Origin: Planctomycetota bacterium
Lineage (GTDB): Bacteria; Planctomycetota; SZUA-567; H5-PLA8
NCBI GenBank assembly: GCA_038227875.1
Contig: JBBRPR010000004.1
Coordinates: 96,001 to 160,000 of the forward strand
Length of the DNA stretch: 64,000 nt
Reading direction: 5' to 3'
The position numbers and the translations under genes are program-made. This document shows, piece after piece, positions 19,912 through 29,581 of the stretch (its first letter is position 1; each line of letters starts with the position of its first letter). The notes under the pieces are model-generated. The model was not told the origin of the DNA. It was given only the letters and a program-made list of their open reading frames with translations, and searched no databases.

Positions 19912-19986
19912 ACGCCAGCATGCAGTTGATCGACGATGTAACGACGGGCCGCAGTGCGGAGGATGACGTTCGTGTTGGAGACCACA

Positions 19987-21591
19987 ATGTCGGGTGAAAA
20001 GGCGAACGTTCCGTCCGGCGACGCTGCCGAACCGGAAAAAACCGTTCGCAATCCTCAGCCTCCCCGCACGCCCACGCCGCCGAGCGTCCCGCTGGCCGCT
20101 CAGCCTCCGCGTCTTTCCACGGCCAAATATGTGCCCATCGGCAGCAGTAGTGGAATTGGACCGTCAGCTGCATCAGGAACCGGAACACGAGCAGGTACCG
20201 GACGGTTTATGCCGATCGGCGGCCGCCGCGCGACGGATCCCAAGCCTTCCAATCCGGCGCGTGGGACTTTCACTCCCGCATCGGGCGGAGCGCCCGGCGG
20301 CGTCCGCACGCCCAGTAAGTTTACGCCTGTCCCCCCCGCGTCCTCACTCAGTGGCGGCTCGGCGGCTGGATTGCGCCCCCAGTCGCGCCCAGGCCAGGCG
20401 GGCCAGATGAGCCAGCCGGCGCGCTCAGCCAACCAGCCCACCTCCAACAGCATCAATCCCTTCGGCAATCTGACCGTCAATGCGCCGGCAAAATCGGGGA
20501 TCAACAAAGCACCGGGAGCAACCGCCACGTCCGCCACGTCCGCCACGTCAGCGGGGTCGGGGCATTGGAGCTGTTCGAAGTGCGCCAAAGCGCTGGGACC
20601 GCGCAGTGTCAACCAGGGCACGGCGATTTTCCTTGAAGGCAATCTCATCTGCGTCGAATGCGTGAAAGGCAACCGCCGCAACCAGGCGCAGTTGCCCGTG
20701 GCCACGCTCGCGATTTTCGGCGTCGTAACCCTCGCGATCCTCGGCGTCGTCGGATTTTTTCTGCCCAGCCAGGCACTGCTGATCGGGCTGTTGCTCGGCG
20801 TGTCGCTGCTGCTCGTCGGTACCATTGGATTCACGCTGGATGGAAAATCGCGGCTGGGGACGGTGGCCGCCGGACTGCTGGTGATCGCGCTGACCTCCTA
20901 CGGCCTGATCGTCACCGGTGAACACAAGGAAGAGAAGGCGGCGTTCAGCGAGATCGCCACGCAGGCCGACGAAGTCAAAACGCTGCTGGCGAAGGATTGC
21001 CTGCTGGAAGCCGAAGCCCGCATCAACACCGTCGAAACGCAGATGGACAAAAAGTACGGCGGCCAGCCGCCTCCCAATGTCACCACTGCCATCGTCGCGC
21101 TGCGCAAGTCGACGCAGGAGTGGAAGGAAGCGCATTTCGGCAAGCTGCAAACCACCGAACAGAAATTGCTCTCGGAACTCTACCACCGCGTCGGCTCCCT
21201 GACGCCGTACACGCAAACGCCGCGCATTCAGCAGTACAAGATCGAAGAAGGCAAACACCTGCTGGTCACAGTCGCCACCGACGTTAAGCCGCCGGAGGTT
21301 CAGAACTCCTCCGACGACGGCACGACGATCAACAAAGAGACCGACGACCCGATCGGCGCGGAAGCCTCGCGCGTGGCGATGCTGGCGATCAAGCAGGACC
21401 GCGCACTGGAAACGATCACCGTCCGGATCGTCTCCGGCGGACCCAACAGCTCTGAATTGCTGACCCGCACCTACGACGCCACGCGCGTCGCCGAAATCCG
21501 CAACAACCTAAACGCCCCCGCGCGCGCCCGCACGCGGACCGCGGAATCCAGCACCGCGCCACGGTTTGAACGTCCGCCAGAACACCCGTGA
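19987..21591 (+). CDS. Hypothetical membrane protein: Pro/Gly-rich disordered N-terminus, Zn-finger, ~3 TM helices, extracytoplasmic C-terminus
   Basis: CSKC...CVEC and hydrophobic helices after LPVATLAIFG. Confidence 0.7.
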   Translation: MSGEKANVPSGDAAEPEKTVRNPQPPRTPTPPSVPLAAQPPRLSTAKYVPIGSSSGIGPSAASGTGTRAGTGRFMPIGGRRATDPKPSNPARGTFTPASGGAPGGVRTPSKFTPVPPASSLSGGSAAGLRPQSRPGQAGQMSQPARSANQPTSNSINPFGNLTVNAPAKSGINKAPGATATSATSATSAGSGHWSCSKCAKALGPRSVNQGTAIFLEGNLICVECVKGNRRNQAQLPVATLAIFGVVTLAILGVVGFFLPSQALLIGLLLGVSLLLVGTIGFTLDGKSRLGTVAAGLLVIALTSYGLIVTGEHKEEKAAFSEIATQADEVKTLLAKDCLLEAEARINTVETQMDKKYGGQPPPNVTTAIVALRKSTQEWKEAHFGKLQTTEQKLLSELYHRVGSLTPYTQTPRIQQYKIEEGKHLLVTVATDVKPPEVQNSSDDGTTINKETDDPIGAEASRVAMLAIKQDRALETITVRIVSGGPNSSELLTRTYDATRVAEIRNNLNAPARARTRTAESSTAPRFERPPEHP

Positions 21592-21617
21592 AGAATTCAA
21601 AACGCATGTGGCCGATG

Positions 21618-21674
21618 GTGCCACGGATGCGCGAAATTCCTTCGTGAAGCGAAGGAGTTTCGTTCATCCCTGCG
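21618..21674 (+). repeat. Third copy of the REP-like unit
   Basis: GTGCCACGGATGCGC-gaaattccttcgtgaagcgaaggagtttc-GTTCATCCCTGCG, just after a stop codon. Confidence 0.75.
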
Positions 21675-21870
21675 TGATGCATTACCGATCTGGGGCGTGA
21701 TCTTGGGCTTCGCGACTTTGCGTGGAGAGAAAGAAGGGTCGGCCTCCACCGCAACGTGCAGCACGAAATGATCACATTTCGCAATACTGACGAGCAGACG
21801 TCACCCCACTCCTGCAGATAGAGTGCTCCGGTCAGCTTCCACTCACTCTTTTTGATAGGAACGCTTATCC

Positions 21871-22797
21871 ATGCTCACCCAACAGCAGGTCGATCAGTTT
21901 CACCGCGAAGGATTTCTGATTCTGCGTGGCATGTTCGCCGGCAAAGAGCTCGAATTGCTCCGCGCTGCCGCCACGCGCGTGCAGGAGGAAGGCGTCGCGA
22001 ATCTGGGCGCCGATCACCTCTACACCAACATACCCGGCAAGGGCAAAGTCTACTTCCGCAGCGAACGAATGTGGGAACGCGACCCGATCTTCCAGGCCGT
22101 CACCGTCAAGCCGGAACTGCTGGAATGCATCGGCCAATGCGTCGGCCATCCGTTCCTGCCGATCAACGATTCCTTTGTCTGCAAACTTCCTGAAGGCAAC
22201 GTGCCGATCACGTGGCATCAGGATCCGCCGTATGGTTCGACCAAACAAGAATACGCGTCGACCTTCGAAGTGCCGAATTTCGACGTCGACATTTACCTCG
22301 ACGACTCCACGATCGAAAATGGCTGCGTCTGGGGAATTCCCGGCCATCACCTCGTCGGCCATATCGACCTCAAACGTTTTACCGAAGACGAACTCTTCTC
22401 GAAATTTGGCGCGGTGCCGATGCTGATGGCGCCCGGCGATGTGCTCTTCCACAGCTTGTCGGCGCCGCACGGTTCGCGTGGCAATCTCACCAAGACGATG
22501 CGCCGCATTTTCTACGTCCATTACATGGCGCGCGAAGTCCTGGAATACTGCTACCCCGGCTGGGGCAAGAAGAGCGGCTTTACTGAATCCGGAATGGCGT
22601 TCGCCGGAAACATGCTCAACGTTCGCAAGTCCTTCGGCTTTGAGGGCATCGAGAACAGCAAGGTGATCTTCACGCCGGAAGGCTACGCCTTCACTGGGCA
22701 GCCAGGAACTCCGCCGCGCCACTGGGGCGCGTTGCTGGCGGCGATGAGCGACGAGGAGAAAGCGCGCAAGCGGATGCTGGAGTCGGTGCTGGCCTAG
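21871..22797 (+). CDS. Phytanoyl-CoA dioxygenase (PhyH) family 2OG-Fe(II) oxygenase
   Basis: MLTQQQVDQFHREGFL start, WHQD (HxD) and PGDVLFH...PHGSRGN..R. Confidence 0.9.
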   Translation: MLTQQQVDQFHREGFLILRGMFAGKELELLRAAATRVQEEGVANLGADHLYTNIPGKGKVYFRSERMWERDPIFQAVTVKPELLECIGQCVGHPFLPINDSFVCKLPEGNVPITWHQDPPYGSTKQEYASTFEVPNFDVDIYLDDSTIENGCVWGIPGHHLVGHIDLKRFTEDELFSKFGAVPMLMAPGDVLFHSLSAPHGSRGNLTKTMRRIFYVHYMAREVLEYCYPGWGKKSGFTESGMAFAGNMLNVRKSFGFEGIENSKVIFTPEGYAFTGQPGTPPRHWGALLAAMSDEEKARKRMLESVLA

Positions 22798-22832
22798 AAT
22801 TTCATCAGCAACAGCATCAATGTTGAAAACGT

Positions 22833-22864
22833 AACGACTCGGGCCACGTGGCCCGAGTCGTTTT
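22833..22864 (+). terminator. Probable intrinsic terminator (30-bp perfect palindrome)
   Basis: AACGACTCGGGCCACGTGGCCCGAGTCGTT (22833-22862), ending in a short T-run, 35 nt after the PhyH stop. Confidence 0.6.
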
Positions 22865-22972
22865 CATGTCAGAATTCGAATGACAAGCGTCAGCGCTGAT
22901 GTATTAATAATGTTAGCATTTTAAAAGTACGTTAGTCATTTTAAAAATGACCATCAATACGGAGATTAACTC

Positions 22973-23989
22973 ATGAAAGTCGGAATCATCGGTGCTGGGG
23001 GCATCGCCCACACGCACGCAAAGGCCATCAAAGCCGCCGGACACGAACTGGTTGCGGTGACCGATGTTGACGCCGCGCGCGCCAACGCCTTCGCCACGAC
23101 GCATACGACGCTCGCGTTGGGTTCCGTCGGGCAACTGCTGGAGCAGGACCTGCAGCTCGTAACCATCGCCGCACCCAACCGTTTTCATTTCGAGCTCTCA
23201 GCTCAAGCCTTGAAAGCCAAACGCGCGGTGCTCTGCGAAAAGCCGCTCACGGCCAACGCTGAACAATCGCAGAAGCTGATTGAACTCGCCCGCCACGAGC
23301 GCCAGCCGCTCTTCGTGGGCTTCATGAAACGCGCTCATCCGGTGATGCAGAAGTTTCACGCGTACGCGCAGCAGATCGGGCCGCTGACCAGCGGGCTGGT
23401 CCGCGTGCACATGCATTGCGACGTGAAAGTCTGGGAGAACATCGCGTCCGCGATGAAAAATCCCAAAGACCCGCGGCACGAAGCGGGCTGCGGCATGCTC
23501 GCCATGGTCGACAGCCACATGCTCGATTTGCTGCTCTGGGCCGCCGGCCCGGTCAAGCGGGTCGTCGGCGCGCGCTTGCAATACCGCGCCGGTTGCGCGC
23601 CGATGGACTGCGCCGCGCACGCGTTGCTGGAGATGGAAAACGGCGCGTCGATCCTGCTCGACAGTTCCTTCTCGCCCCTGACCGGCGTCGGCCGTCGCGA
23701 AAACGGGCGCGACGAGTTGATCGAACTGCGCGGGGACGCGGGACTCGCGCGCATCTTCACACCCGTCGCCGACCGCCCGGAAACCGACGCGCCCGTCGCC
23801 GAACACTGGGACGAAGCGAGCAAAGGCTGGGAAGGTTCGACGATCAATGGCGTCAACTACTACACGCGGGAATTCGAATATATTGCGCTGGCGCTGCGCG
23901 GCGAAACGGTGCCCCTCGCGACCGGCGAGGATGGCGCGCGCGTCGACGCGTTGATCGACGACATCGTCCGCGCTTCCAGCGAGTGCTGA
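22973..23989 (+). CDS. Gfo/Idh/MocA family oxidoreductase
   Basis: MKVGIIGAGGI, VLCEKP and SHMLDLL. Confidence 0.9.
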   Translation: MKVGIIGAGGIAHTHAKAIKAAGHELVAVTDVDAARANAFATTHTTLALGSVGQLLEQDLQLVTIAAPNRFHFELSAQALKAKRAVLCEKPLTANAEQSQKLIELARHERQPLFVGFMKRAHPVMQKFHAYAQQIGPLTSGLVRVHMHCDVKVWENIASAMKNPKDPRHEAGCGMLAMVDSHMLDLLLWAAGPVKRVVGARLQYRAGCAPMDCAAHALLEMENGASILLDSSFSPLTGVGRRENGRDELIELRGDAGLARIFTPVADRPETDAPVAEHWDEASKGWEGSTINGVNYYTREFEYIALALRGETVPLATGEDGARVDALIDDIVRASSEC

Positions 23990-24114
23990 TCGCAGGCGGA
24001 AAGACCCCAAAATGCAGCGTTTTAGCCATGGGACAAAATTGTCCCAGGGTTAGAATTCAACCCAGAATCGATCGTCGCCTTTCAACGGAACGATCTCTCG
24101 GATGTAAAACCATC

Positions 24115-25620
24115 GTGACGCTGCTGCCGCTGAATCCGCACCCGACCTGCGCCCTCCGCGCCCTTGTTGCGTGTGCGGCGTTGTCACTTGCGGGTTGTGG
24201 GCAGACGCAGAAGCCGGCCGCGACACTCACGCTCGTTGCTCCACAGCCTGAACCAATCGTCAAAACCAGCGCCGTCGAATCCGCGCCTCCGGTAAAAGCA
24301 GAGCCTCAGCCGGACGTCGCGATTACACCGAAGAAGGCACCGAGCGATCCGAAGGACTTCGAACCGGCGGTGCAACAGGTTCGCGCCTTGGAACAGAGCG
24401 CCGATTTTTCGCGCGCGCTGGAGCTCGTCAAAAGCATTCAGGTGAACTTCAACGACCATCCGGAGTTTGCCGAAACCGTGTACGACCTCTCGACGCGCGT
24501 GGCCGTCGAAAAAAATCAGGCCGACGCGCTGGGCTTCGCCGCCAGCAGCCTGGCCGACCCCGGCTGCGCGGAACTCGCCTCGCAGGCGTTTCAGGAAGCC
24601 GGCGATGCCGGCCGGCTGGTGCTGCGCAATTCGTACGCGGGCAGCAGTGATGAAATGAAACTTCTCATCTTGAAAAAACTTCAGGCCATGGGCGACGAGC
24701 ACGTTCCGGAATTGGTGGCCGAACGCCTCGCCCACGACATCTCGCCTGAATTGGAACACACGTTCGTTGAGATGCTGCAGCTGTCGCTCAGCCGATTGTA
24801 TCGGCCGAGCCTTCCGGCGCTCTTCGCGGTAGCGAAGACCAATCCGGGCAAGCACGTGGAACTGATCGGATTCCTCTATGCCGCCGCGCGCCGGGCCAAC
24901 GCCGATCAGCCGCCGGATTTTGAAAAGCTCTTTCAGGACGCCGGCGCGTATGAGTTTTTCAGGGCGCAGAATCTGCTCGGCACGGTTTCGAAGGACGGAC
25001 TGGCGGTCTGTTTCAATTTCGACGAGGGCTCCGGCACCAGCGCCACGAATTCCGGCACCCGCGGCGGGAAGGCCGACGTGAAAGCCACGTGGATTCCCGG
25101 CAGGAAAGACGGCGCGTTAAAGTTCAACGGCAACGACGAAATGGTCACCTACAACGACCCGCTGCTGAACGTCGGCCGCGACGACGCCGACTTCACGCTC
25201 GCCTTCTGGTTCTACCTCGAAAAAAGCGCGACCGGCGGCTGGCGGAACATCACGCACCGAGGCACGTCCGATGATCAGCGCACGTTCGCGCTGTGGATGA
25301 AGCCGGATTCCGATTCCATCCACTGCCGCATTTCCACGCTCGGTAACGGCAACGACGGCGTCGAAGCGACCAACGCCAAAATCGCGCTGAATGCGTGGAC
25401 GCACGTCGCCTACGTCAAGCGCGGCAAAATGCTGAAGATTTTTATCAACGGACAACCGGATTCCGAAGCGCAGCTGGGGGGCCGCGTCATGTCCAATTGC
25501 GGTCCGGTCTACATCGGCAAGGACCCGTGGTACGCCGGCCCCGCCTGCGCCATCGACGAATACCGCATCTATCTACGCGCACTCACCGATGGGGAAGTGC
25601 GGCTGCTGTCCAATCCGTAA
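24115..25620 (+). CDS. Lipoprotein with helical middle region and C-terminal LamG/concanavalin-like domain
   Basis: Lipobox LSLAGC and C-terminal FNFDEGSG...FTLAFW...WTHVAYV...IDEYRIYLRALT. The track ORF start (23416) overlaps the upstream gene and was trimmed. Confidence 0.8.
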   Translation: MTLLPLNPHPTCALRALVACAALSLAGCGQTQKPAATLTLVAPQPEPIVKTSAVESAPPVKAEPQPDVAITPKKAPSDPKDFEPAVQQVRALEQSADFSRALELVKSIQVNFNDHPEFAETVYDLSTRVAVEKNQADALGFAASSLADPGCAELASQAFQEAGDAGRLVLRNSYAGSSDEMKLLILKKLQAMGDEHVPELVAERLAHDISPELEHTFVEMLQLSLSRLYRPSLPALFAVAKTNPGKHVELIGFLYAAARRANADQPPDFEKLFQDAGAYEFFRAQNLLGTVSKDGLAVCFNFDEGSGTSATNSGTRGGKADVKATWIPGRKDGALKFNGNDEMVTYNDPLLNVGRDDADFTLAFWFYLEKSATGGWRNITHRGTSDDQRTFALWMKPDSDSIHCRISTLGNGNDGVEATNAKIALNAWTHVAYVKRGKMLKIFINGQPDSEAQLGGRVMSNCGPVYIGKDPWYAGPACAIDEYRIYLRALTDGEVRLLSNP

Positions 25621-25640
25621 CAGTCGTCGTTCGACATTCC

Positions 25641-26765
25641 TCACAACGATCCGCGCTTCGCCTGCTCGCGTTCGATCGCTTCGAATAGCGCGCGGAAATT
25701 GCCTTCGCCGAAGCCGACGGAATTACCACGGCGCTGGATGATTTCGTGGAACAACGTCGGGCGGCCGAAGACCGGATGCGTGAACAACTGCAGCAGATAC
25801 CCATCCGGCCGGTCGCGGTCGACGAGAATCTTCAGGTCCTTCAGGCTCTGCAGTTCTTCGCGAATGTCGCCGACGCGCTTGATGAACTCCGCGTCGTAGT
25901 ACGTGTCCGGCACGTCCATGAAACTCACGCCCTGGGCGCGCATTTCGCGGACGGTGGAAATGATGTTGGGAGTCAGCAGCGCGATGTGCTGGACGCCGGG
26001 GCCTTTGAATTCGTCGAGGAACTCCTGGATTTGCGAGTTCTTGCTCGAGGGTTCGTTGATCGGAAGCTTGATGTAGCCGTCGTCGTCGCCGACGACTTTG
26101 CTCATCAGCGCGCTGCGGCCGGTGTTGATGTCGAAGTGCGCCGTCTGATCGAAACCGAAGACGCGCGCGTAAAACGCGACCCATTCGTCCATGTTCTCGA
26201 CGTTGGCGACGATGTGGTCGATCATCGCGAGCTGAATCTCGCCGTCTTCGATGCCGCCGCCGCAGTCCACGTACCCCGGCGCAAACGCGCCGTGGCGTTT
26301 GCGCTGAATAAAGGTGTGAATCGTGTCGCCGTACGCCGCAATCGAACCGCCGATGAAAATGTCGTGCTCGTCCAGTTTCCGCACAATCTTCGCGCCCTGA
26401 GCTTCCGCGTGCTTCAAGGCCACTGCCGTATCGCGGACGCGGAAGGCGACGTCGCGCACGCCCGGTCCGTGCTTGGCGACGAAGTCGCGAATGAAATCCG
26501 CGTCGCTGCCCTGTCCGGCGGCTTGCGCGAAGAGAAAGTTGATGCGCCCCTGGCCGACAACAATCGCGCGCCGGCCGTTCAGGCCCGTCGACGGATCGCC
26601 ATGCGCGCGGCGGTACATGCCGTAACCGTTGATGTAATAGTTCGCCCATTTGTCGACGTCGTCGACGAAGAATTCGATGTGATCGATCGACTTCACGCCC
26701 AGCGGATTGTGGTGCTTGGGATGTTGGATGACGGGGGTACCCGCTGCTTCTGAATGCGTGTCCAT
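25641..26765 (-). CDS. hppD: 4-hydroxyphenylpyruvate dioxygenase
   Basis: IDHIEF, HGPGVRDVAF, IDHIVAN, SQIQEFL...GPGVQHIAL, LLQLFT...FHEIIQR and GFGEGNFRALFEAIEREQAKRG. Confidence 0.95.
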   Translation of the reverse strand: MDTHSEAAGTPVIQHPKHHNPLGVKSIDHIEFFVDDVDKWANYYINGYGMYRRAHGDPSTGLNGRRAIVVGQGRINFLFAQAAGQGSDADFIRDFVAKHGPGVRDVAFRVRDTAVALKHAEAQGAKIVRKLDEHDIFIGGSIAAYGDTIHTFIQRKRHGAFAPGYVDCGGGIEDGEIQLAMIDHIVANVENMDEWVAFYARVFGFDQTAHFDINTGRSALMSKVVGDDDGYIKLPINEPSSKNSQIQEFLDEFKGPGVQHIALLTPNIISTVREMRAQGVSFMDVPDTYYDAEFIKRVGDIREELQSLKDLKILVDRDRPDGYLLQLFTHPVFGRPTLFHEIIQRRGNSVGFGEGNFRALFEAIEREQAKRGSL

Positions 26766-26767
26766 GT

Positions 26768-27328
26768 TTAGCTCCTGCCGCTGGTCTTCGTGAGCGAGCG
26801 TGTGCCTTCCGTTTTTCCAGACGCGACGGCGACTTCCGCCGGTGGATTGCCAAAGGGAACATCGAGGGTGTGCTTGCTGGTCGCGAGCACCAGCGTGGTG
26901 TGAATCTTGGAGACGCCCGGCAGCGTGCTGAGCCGATCGACGAGCACCGACCGCAGCGCGCCAACATCGCGCGCGAGCAGTTTGAGCAGAAAATCGAATT
27001 CGCCGGCGACGTGGTGGCACTCCAGCACGTCGGAGAGTTCCGAGACCGCCTTTTCGAAACGCAGCAGTGCCTTCTGATCGTGATCGTGAAGATTGACGGA
27101 GACAAAGACGACGACCTGATGCCCCAGCGCGCGCGGATCGATGCGTGCCGTGTACCCTTCGATCACGCCGCTGCGTTCCAGCCGCCGCACGCGCTCAAGG
27201 GTGCTCGACGGCGAAAGTCCGCAGCTTTCCGCGAGTTCCACGTTGGCCATCCGCCCATCGTTCTGCAGCGCCCTGAGGATCGCGAGATCAATGGCGTCGA
27301 GCACGGGTAATTCTGCATCCAGCGGCAT
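26768..27328 (-). CDS. Lrp/AsnC family transcriptional regulator
   Basis: LDAIDLAILRALQNDGR...LSPSSTLERVRRLERSGVI and ECHHVAGEFDFLLK. Sits 2 bp upstream of hppD. Confidence 0.95.
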   Translation of the reverse strand: MPLDAELPVLDAIDLAILRALQNDGRMANVELAESCGLSPSSTLERVRRLERSGVIEGYTARIDPRALGHQVVVFVSVNLHDHDQKALLRFEKAVSELSDVLECHHVAGEFDFLLKLLARDVGALRSVLVDRLSTLPGVSKIHTTLVLATSKHTLDVPFGNPPAEVAVASGKTEGTRSLTKTSGRS

Positions 27329-27422
27329 TTTCAGAACCTCGTCCTGAAAATTGTGTATAACACAGAATATTATGCGTTCAATAGTCGGAATGCAGAATAT
27401 TGCATGGCGGCGGCTTTTTATC

Positions 27423-27449
27423 TCGCGCAAAGACGCAAAGACGCAAAGA
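27423..27449 (+). repeat. Short tandem repeat (CGCAAAGA)x3
   Basis: tcgCGCAAAGACGCAAAGACGCAAAGA in intergenic DNA. Confidence 0.6.
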
Positions 27450-27484
27450 ACGGCGCGGGAAAGGTGGGTCGAAGTGGTGCGGAC

Positions 27485-28198
27485 TCAATAGTCCAGCAAC
27501 ATTGGCAAGTGATGTTCCACTGAAAGTTTGGATAACTCATAGAACACTGCGAAGGCGAAGCGTGCACCACTCTCCAGCGGACTGCCATGGTCAGGGCAAC
27601 TTCGTCGCCAGTTAGAAATCGAAGTTGAATCCACGTTCCATGTCCGGGAATTGAGTACCTGAAGTTCTTTGTGTAGCGCCACGCTGGAGCCTAAGAAGAT
27701 TTCCTTTCCACTCAGACAGGGCGCCGCGAACGTAAAATCGAAATTGGCGGGTAGCCACCATTCGGCACCCGATAAAAGTTGCTTGTACTTTGTTCCCGAA
27801 TTTGCACTCGCCCTTTGTAAATAAATTGGATCTTCATGCCAATCTTTTACGAACCCTTTAGGACATGGTTTCTCGGTTTGTTCGGAATACGCCGTCCAAA
27901 GCAGCAGGTGGCCGTAACAATCCCACGCCGGTTTATCAGTAAAGTAAGGACGTTCGCCTTGTTCGCTCCAGTCAACATCAGACACTCCGTGCGGTTTTAA
28001 CGCCGCCGCCAAGTCGTTGCGCCATTGCTCCGCAGCGCTCCTGATAACCGCCGGATCTGTAATGGCGTCCGCAGGCTCATTCGCGCGTACAACCGTGACC
28101 TGAGGAATAGCTCCAGCCTTCGCCGCCTGCTGTACAACATTGAGCCAATCGTGAAGGTAATACCGAGTCAGAGTGCCGACATACACATCAAGCCCCAT
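27485..28198 (-). CDS. Hypothetical protein, atypical low-GC codon usage
   Basis: MGLDVYVGTLTRYY...LPMLLDY, with a GGAGG RBS before ATG 28198. Confidence 0.75.
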   Translation of the reverse strand: MGLDVYVGTLTRYYLHDWLNVVQQAAKAGAIPQVTVVRANEPADAITDPAVIRSAAEQWRNDLAAALKPHGVSDVDWSEQGERPYFTDKPAWDCYGHLLLWTAYSEQTEKPCPKGFVKDWHEDPIYLQRASANSGTKYKQLLSGAEWWLPANFDFTFAAPCLSGKEIFLGSSVALHKELQVLNSRTWNVDSTSISNWRRSCPDHGSPLESGARFAFAVFYELSKLSVEHHLPMLLDY

Positions 28199-28315
28199 GT
28201 CGCCTCCCATATTAGAAGTGAATTGGAGACTGCACGCTAAAGAGCCACCAAAAATCCGCAGAGACGGATTCGGTCACCTTTACAAGGTAAAAGATTCATC
28301 AATCATAGTTCATCG

Positions 28316-29374
28316 TTATTTTTTAAGCAGCAGCTCGCGCACCGCCGCTACCAGCGCGTCGGGGCTCACCGGCTTGACGAGGTATTTGAGCTTCGGGTGC
28401 GTCTGGACGACGAACTCGTTTTCCAACTGGTCGTAGGCGGAGCAGACGATGACGGGGATGTTGATCTGCTTGTCGACCATCCGCGACAGCACTTCCAGGC
28501 CGTGCAGGCCGGGCATCTTCATGTCGAGGACCACCAGGTCGATGCCGCCTTCCTGCAGGCGGTTCCACGCTTCCTGGCCGTCGCCGAGTTCGATCACGAT
28601 GTAACCGGACGCTTCAAGCCGCAGACGGAACACGAGACGAATACGCTTGTCGTCGTCGGCCACGAGCACCGTCGGTCGCACCGCGGCGTTGGCGGCCGTG
28701 CCGGGCGCGGCGGGGGTCGCCGTCGGCGGCGTGACGCCCGGCGGAATGATCGAGGGAGAAACCTTGCCAAACGCCAGATCGTGGCGGATCAGACTTTTCT
28801 GACCGGCCGGCTGCATCGGTTCGGACGGCACAGTCGGCAGGCTCGGGTTGCTTCCCGTGCGCATCGCGGCGGGAGCGGCCGGGACCGTGGGAGGAATAAT
28901 GGGGCGGGGCACGCTGGCCACCGTGCCCCGCGGCATCGCCGGCGCGGGAATTGGAGCGGGATGGATCGCCGTGGCGCGCGTCGGAGGATTCGTGCGCGGA
29001 ATGAAACTGACGTCCGGTGGCGGCGGCGCCTGAGCGGCGGCGTCCGCAGCAGATTCGAAACCCATCGCAAATGGCGAGCGTAGCCGACGGGTGCTCTGCA
29101 CCGATGCATCCATGTTGGCCGGTACCGGCTGCACCCCGCCCGAGGCCAGCAGATCGGTCAGAAACGTGCCGACTTGCTGATCGGCGTAACCGGTGGCGCG
29201 AAGATCTTTTTCGACCAGGTCGATGATGCTCTTGCGTTCTTCGTCGTCACGGATGATGGCGGCGAAGACGGCGCGCATTTGAAACATGGGCATGCGTCGA
29301 GCTTCAAATTCGCTGACGATAATCAGCGCCTTTGTCTCGAGACTCAATGCTTTGAGTGGTGCCCCGTCGCTCAC
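28316..29374 (-). CDS. Response regulator: N-terminal helical domain, long Pro/Ala linker, C-terminal REC
   Basis: VLVADDD...LVVLDMKMPGLHG...VIVCSA...LVKP. Confidence 0.85.
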   Translation of the reverse strand: MSDGAPLKALSLETKALIIVSEFEARRMPMFQMRAVFAAIIRDDEERKSIIDLVEKDLRATGYADQQVGTFLTDLLASGGVQPVPANMDASVQSTRRLRSPFAMGFESAADAAAQAPPPPDVSFIPRTNPPTRATAIHPAPIPAPAMPRGTVASVPRPIIPPTVPAAPAAMRTGSNPSLPTVPSEPMQPAGQKSLIRHDLAFGKVSPSIIPPGVTPPTATPAAPGTAANAAVRPTVLVADDDKRIRLVFRLRLEASGYIVIELGDGQEAWNRLQEGGIDLVVLDMKMPGLHGLEVLSRMVDKQINIPVIVCSAYDQLENEFVVQTHPKLKYLVKPVSPDALVAAVRELLLKK

Positions 29375-29581
29375 GTGCAGGTCGTCCCCACTAGTCCGCC
29401 AATACTCCCGGCTCAGTATAGAGCAATTTACGCACCGATACCAATACCGTCAATCGGATTCACACTTGGAGGTACTTATGTGTCTACTAGTAGAGACCTA
29501 ACAGCAAGGCGTGTCCAGCAGGGATGTCCGGCCTGAAAGAGTACCGCTAGTAGCCAGCCTGCTTTTCGATATACTTCAGAC

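Noticed and set aside
23416..24114. N-terminal 233 aa of the 734-aa track ORF
   Set aside because: Overlaps the Gfo/Idh/MocA gene in another frame; the real protein starts near the lipoprotein signal.
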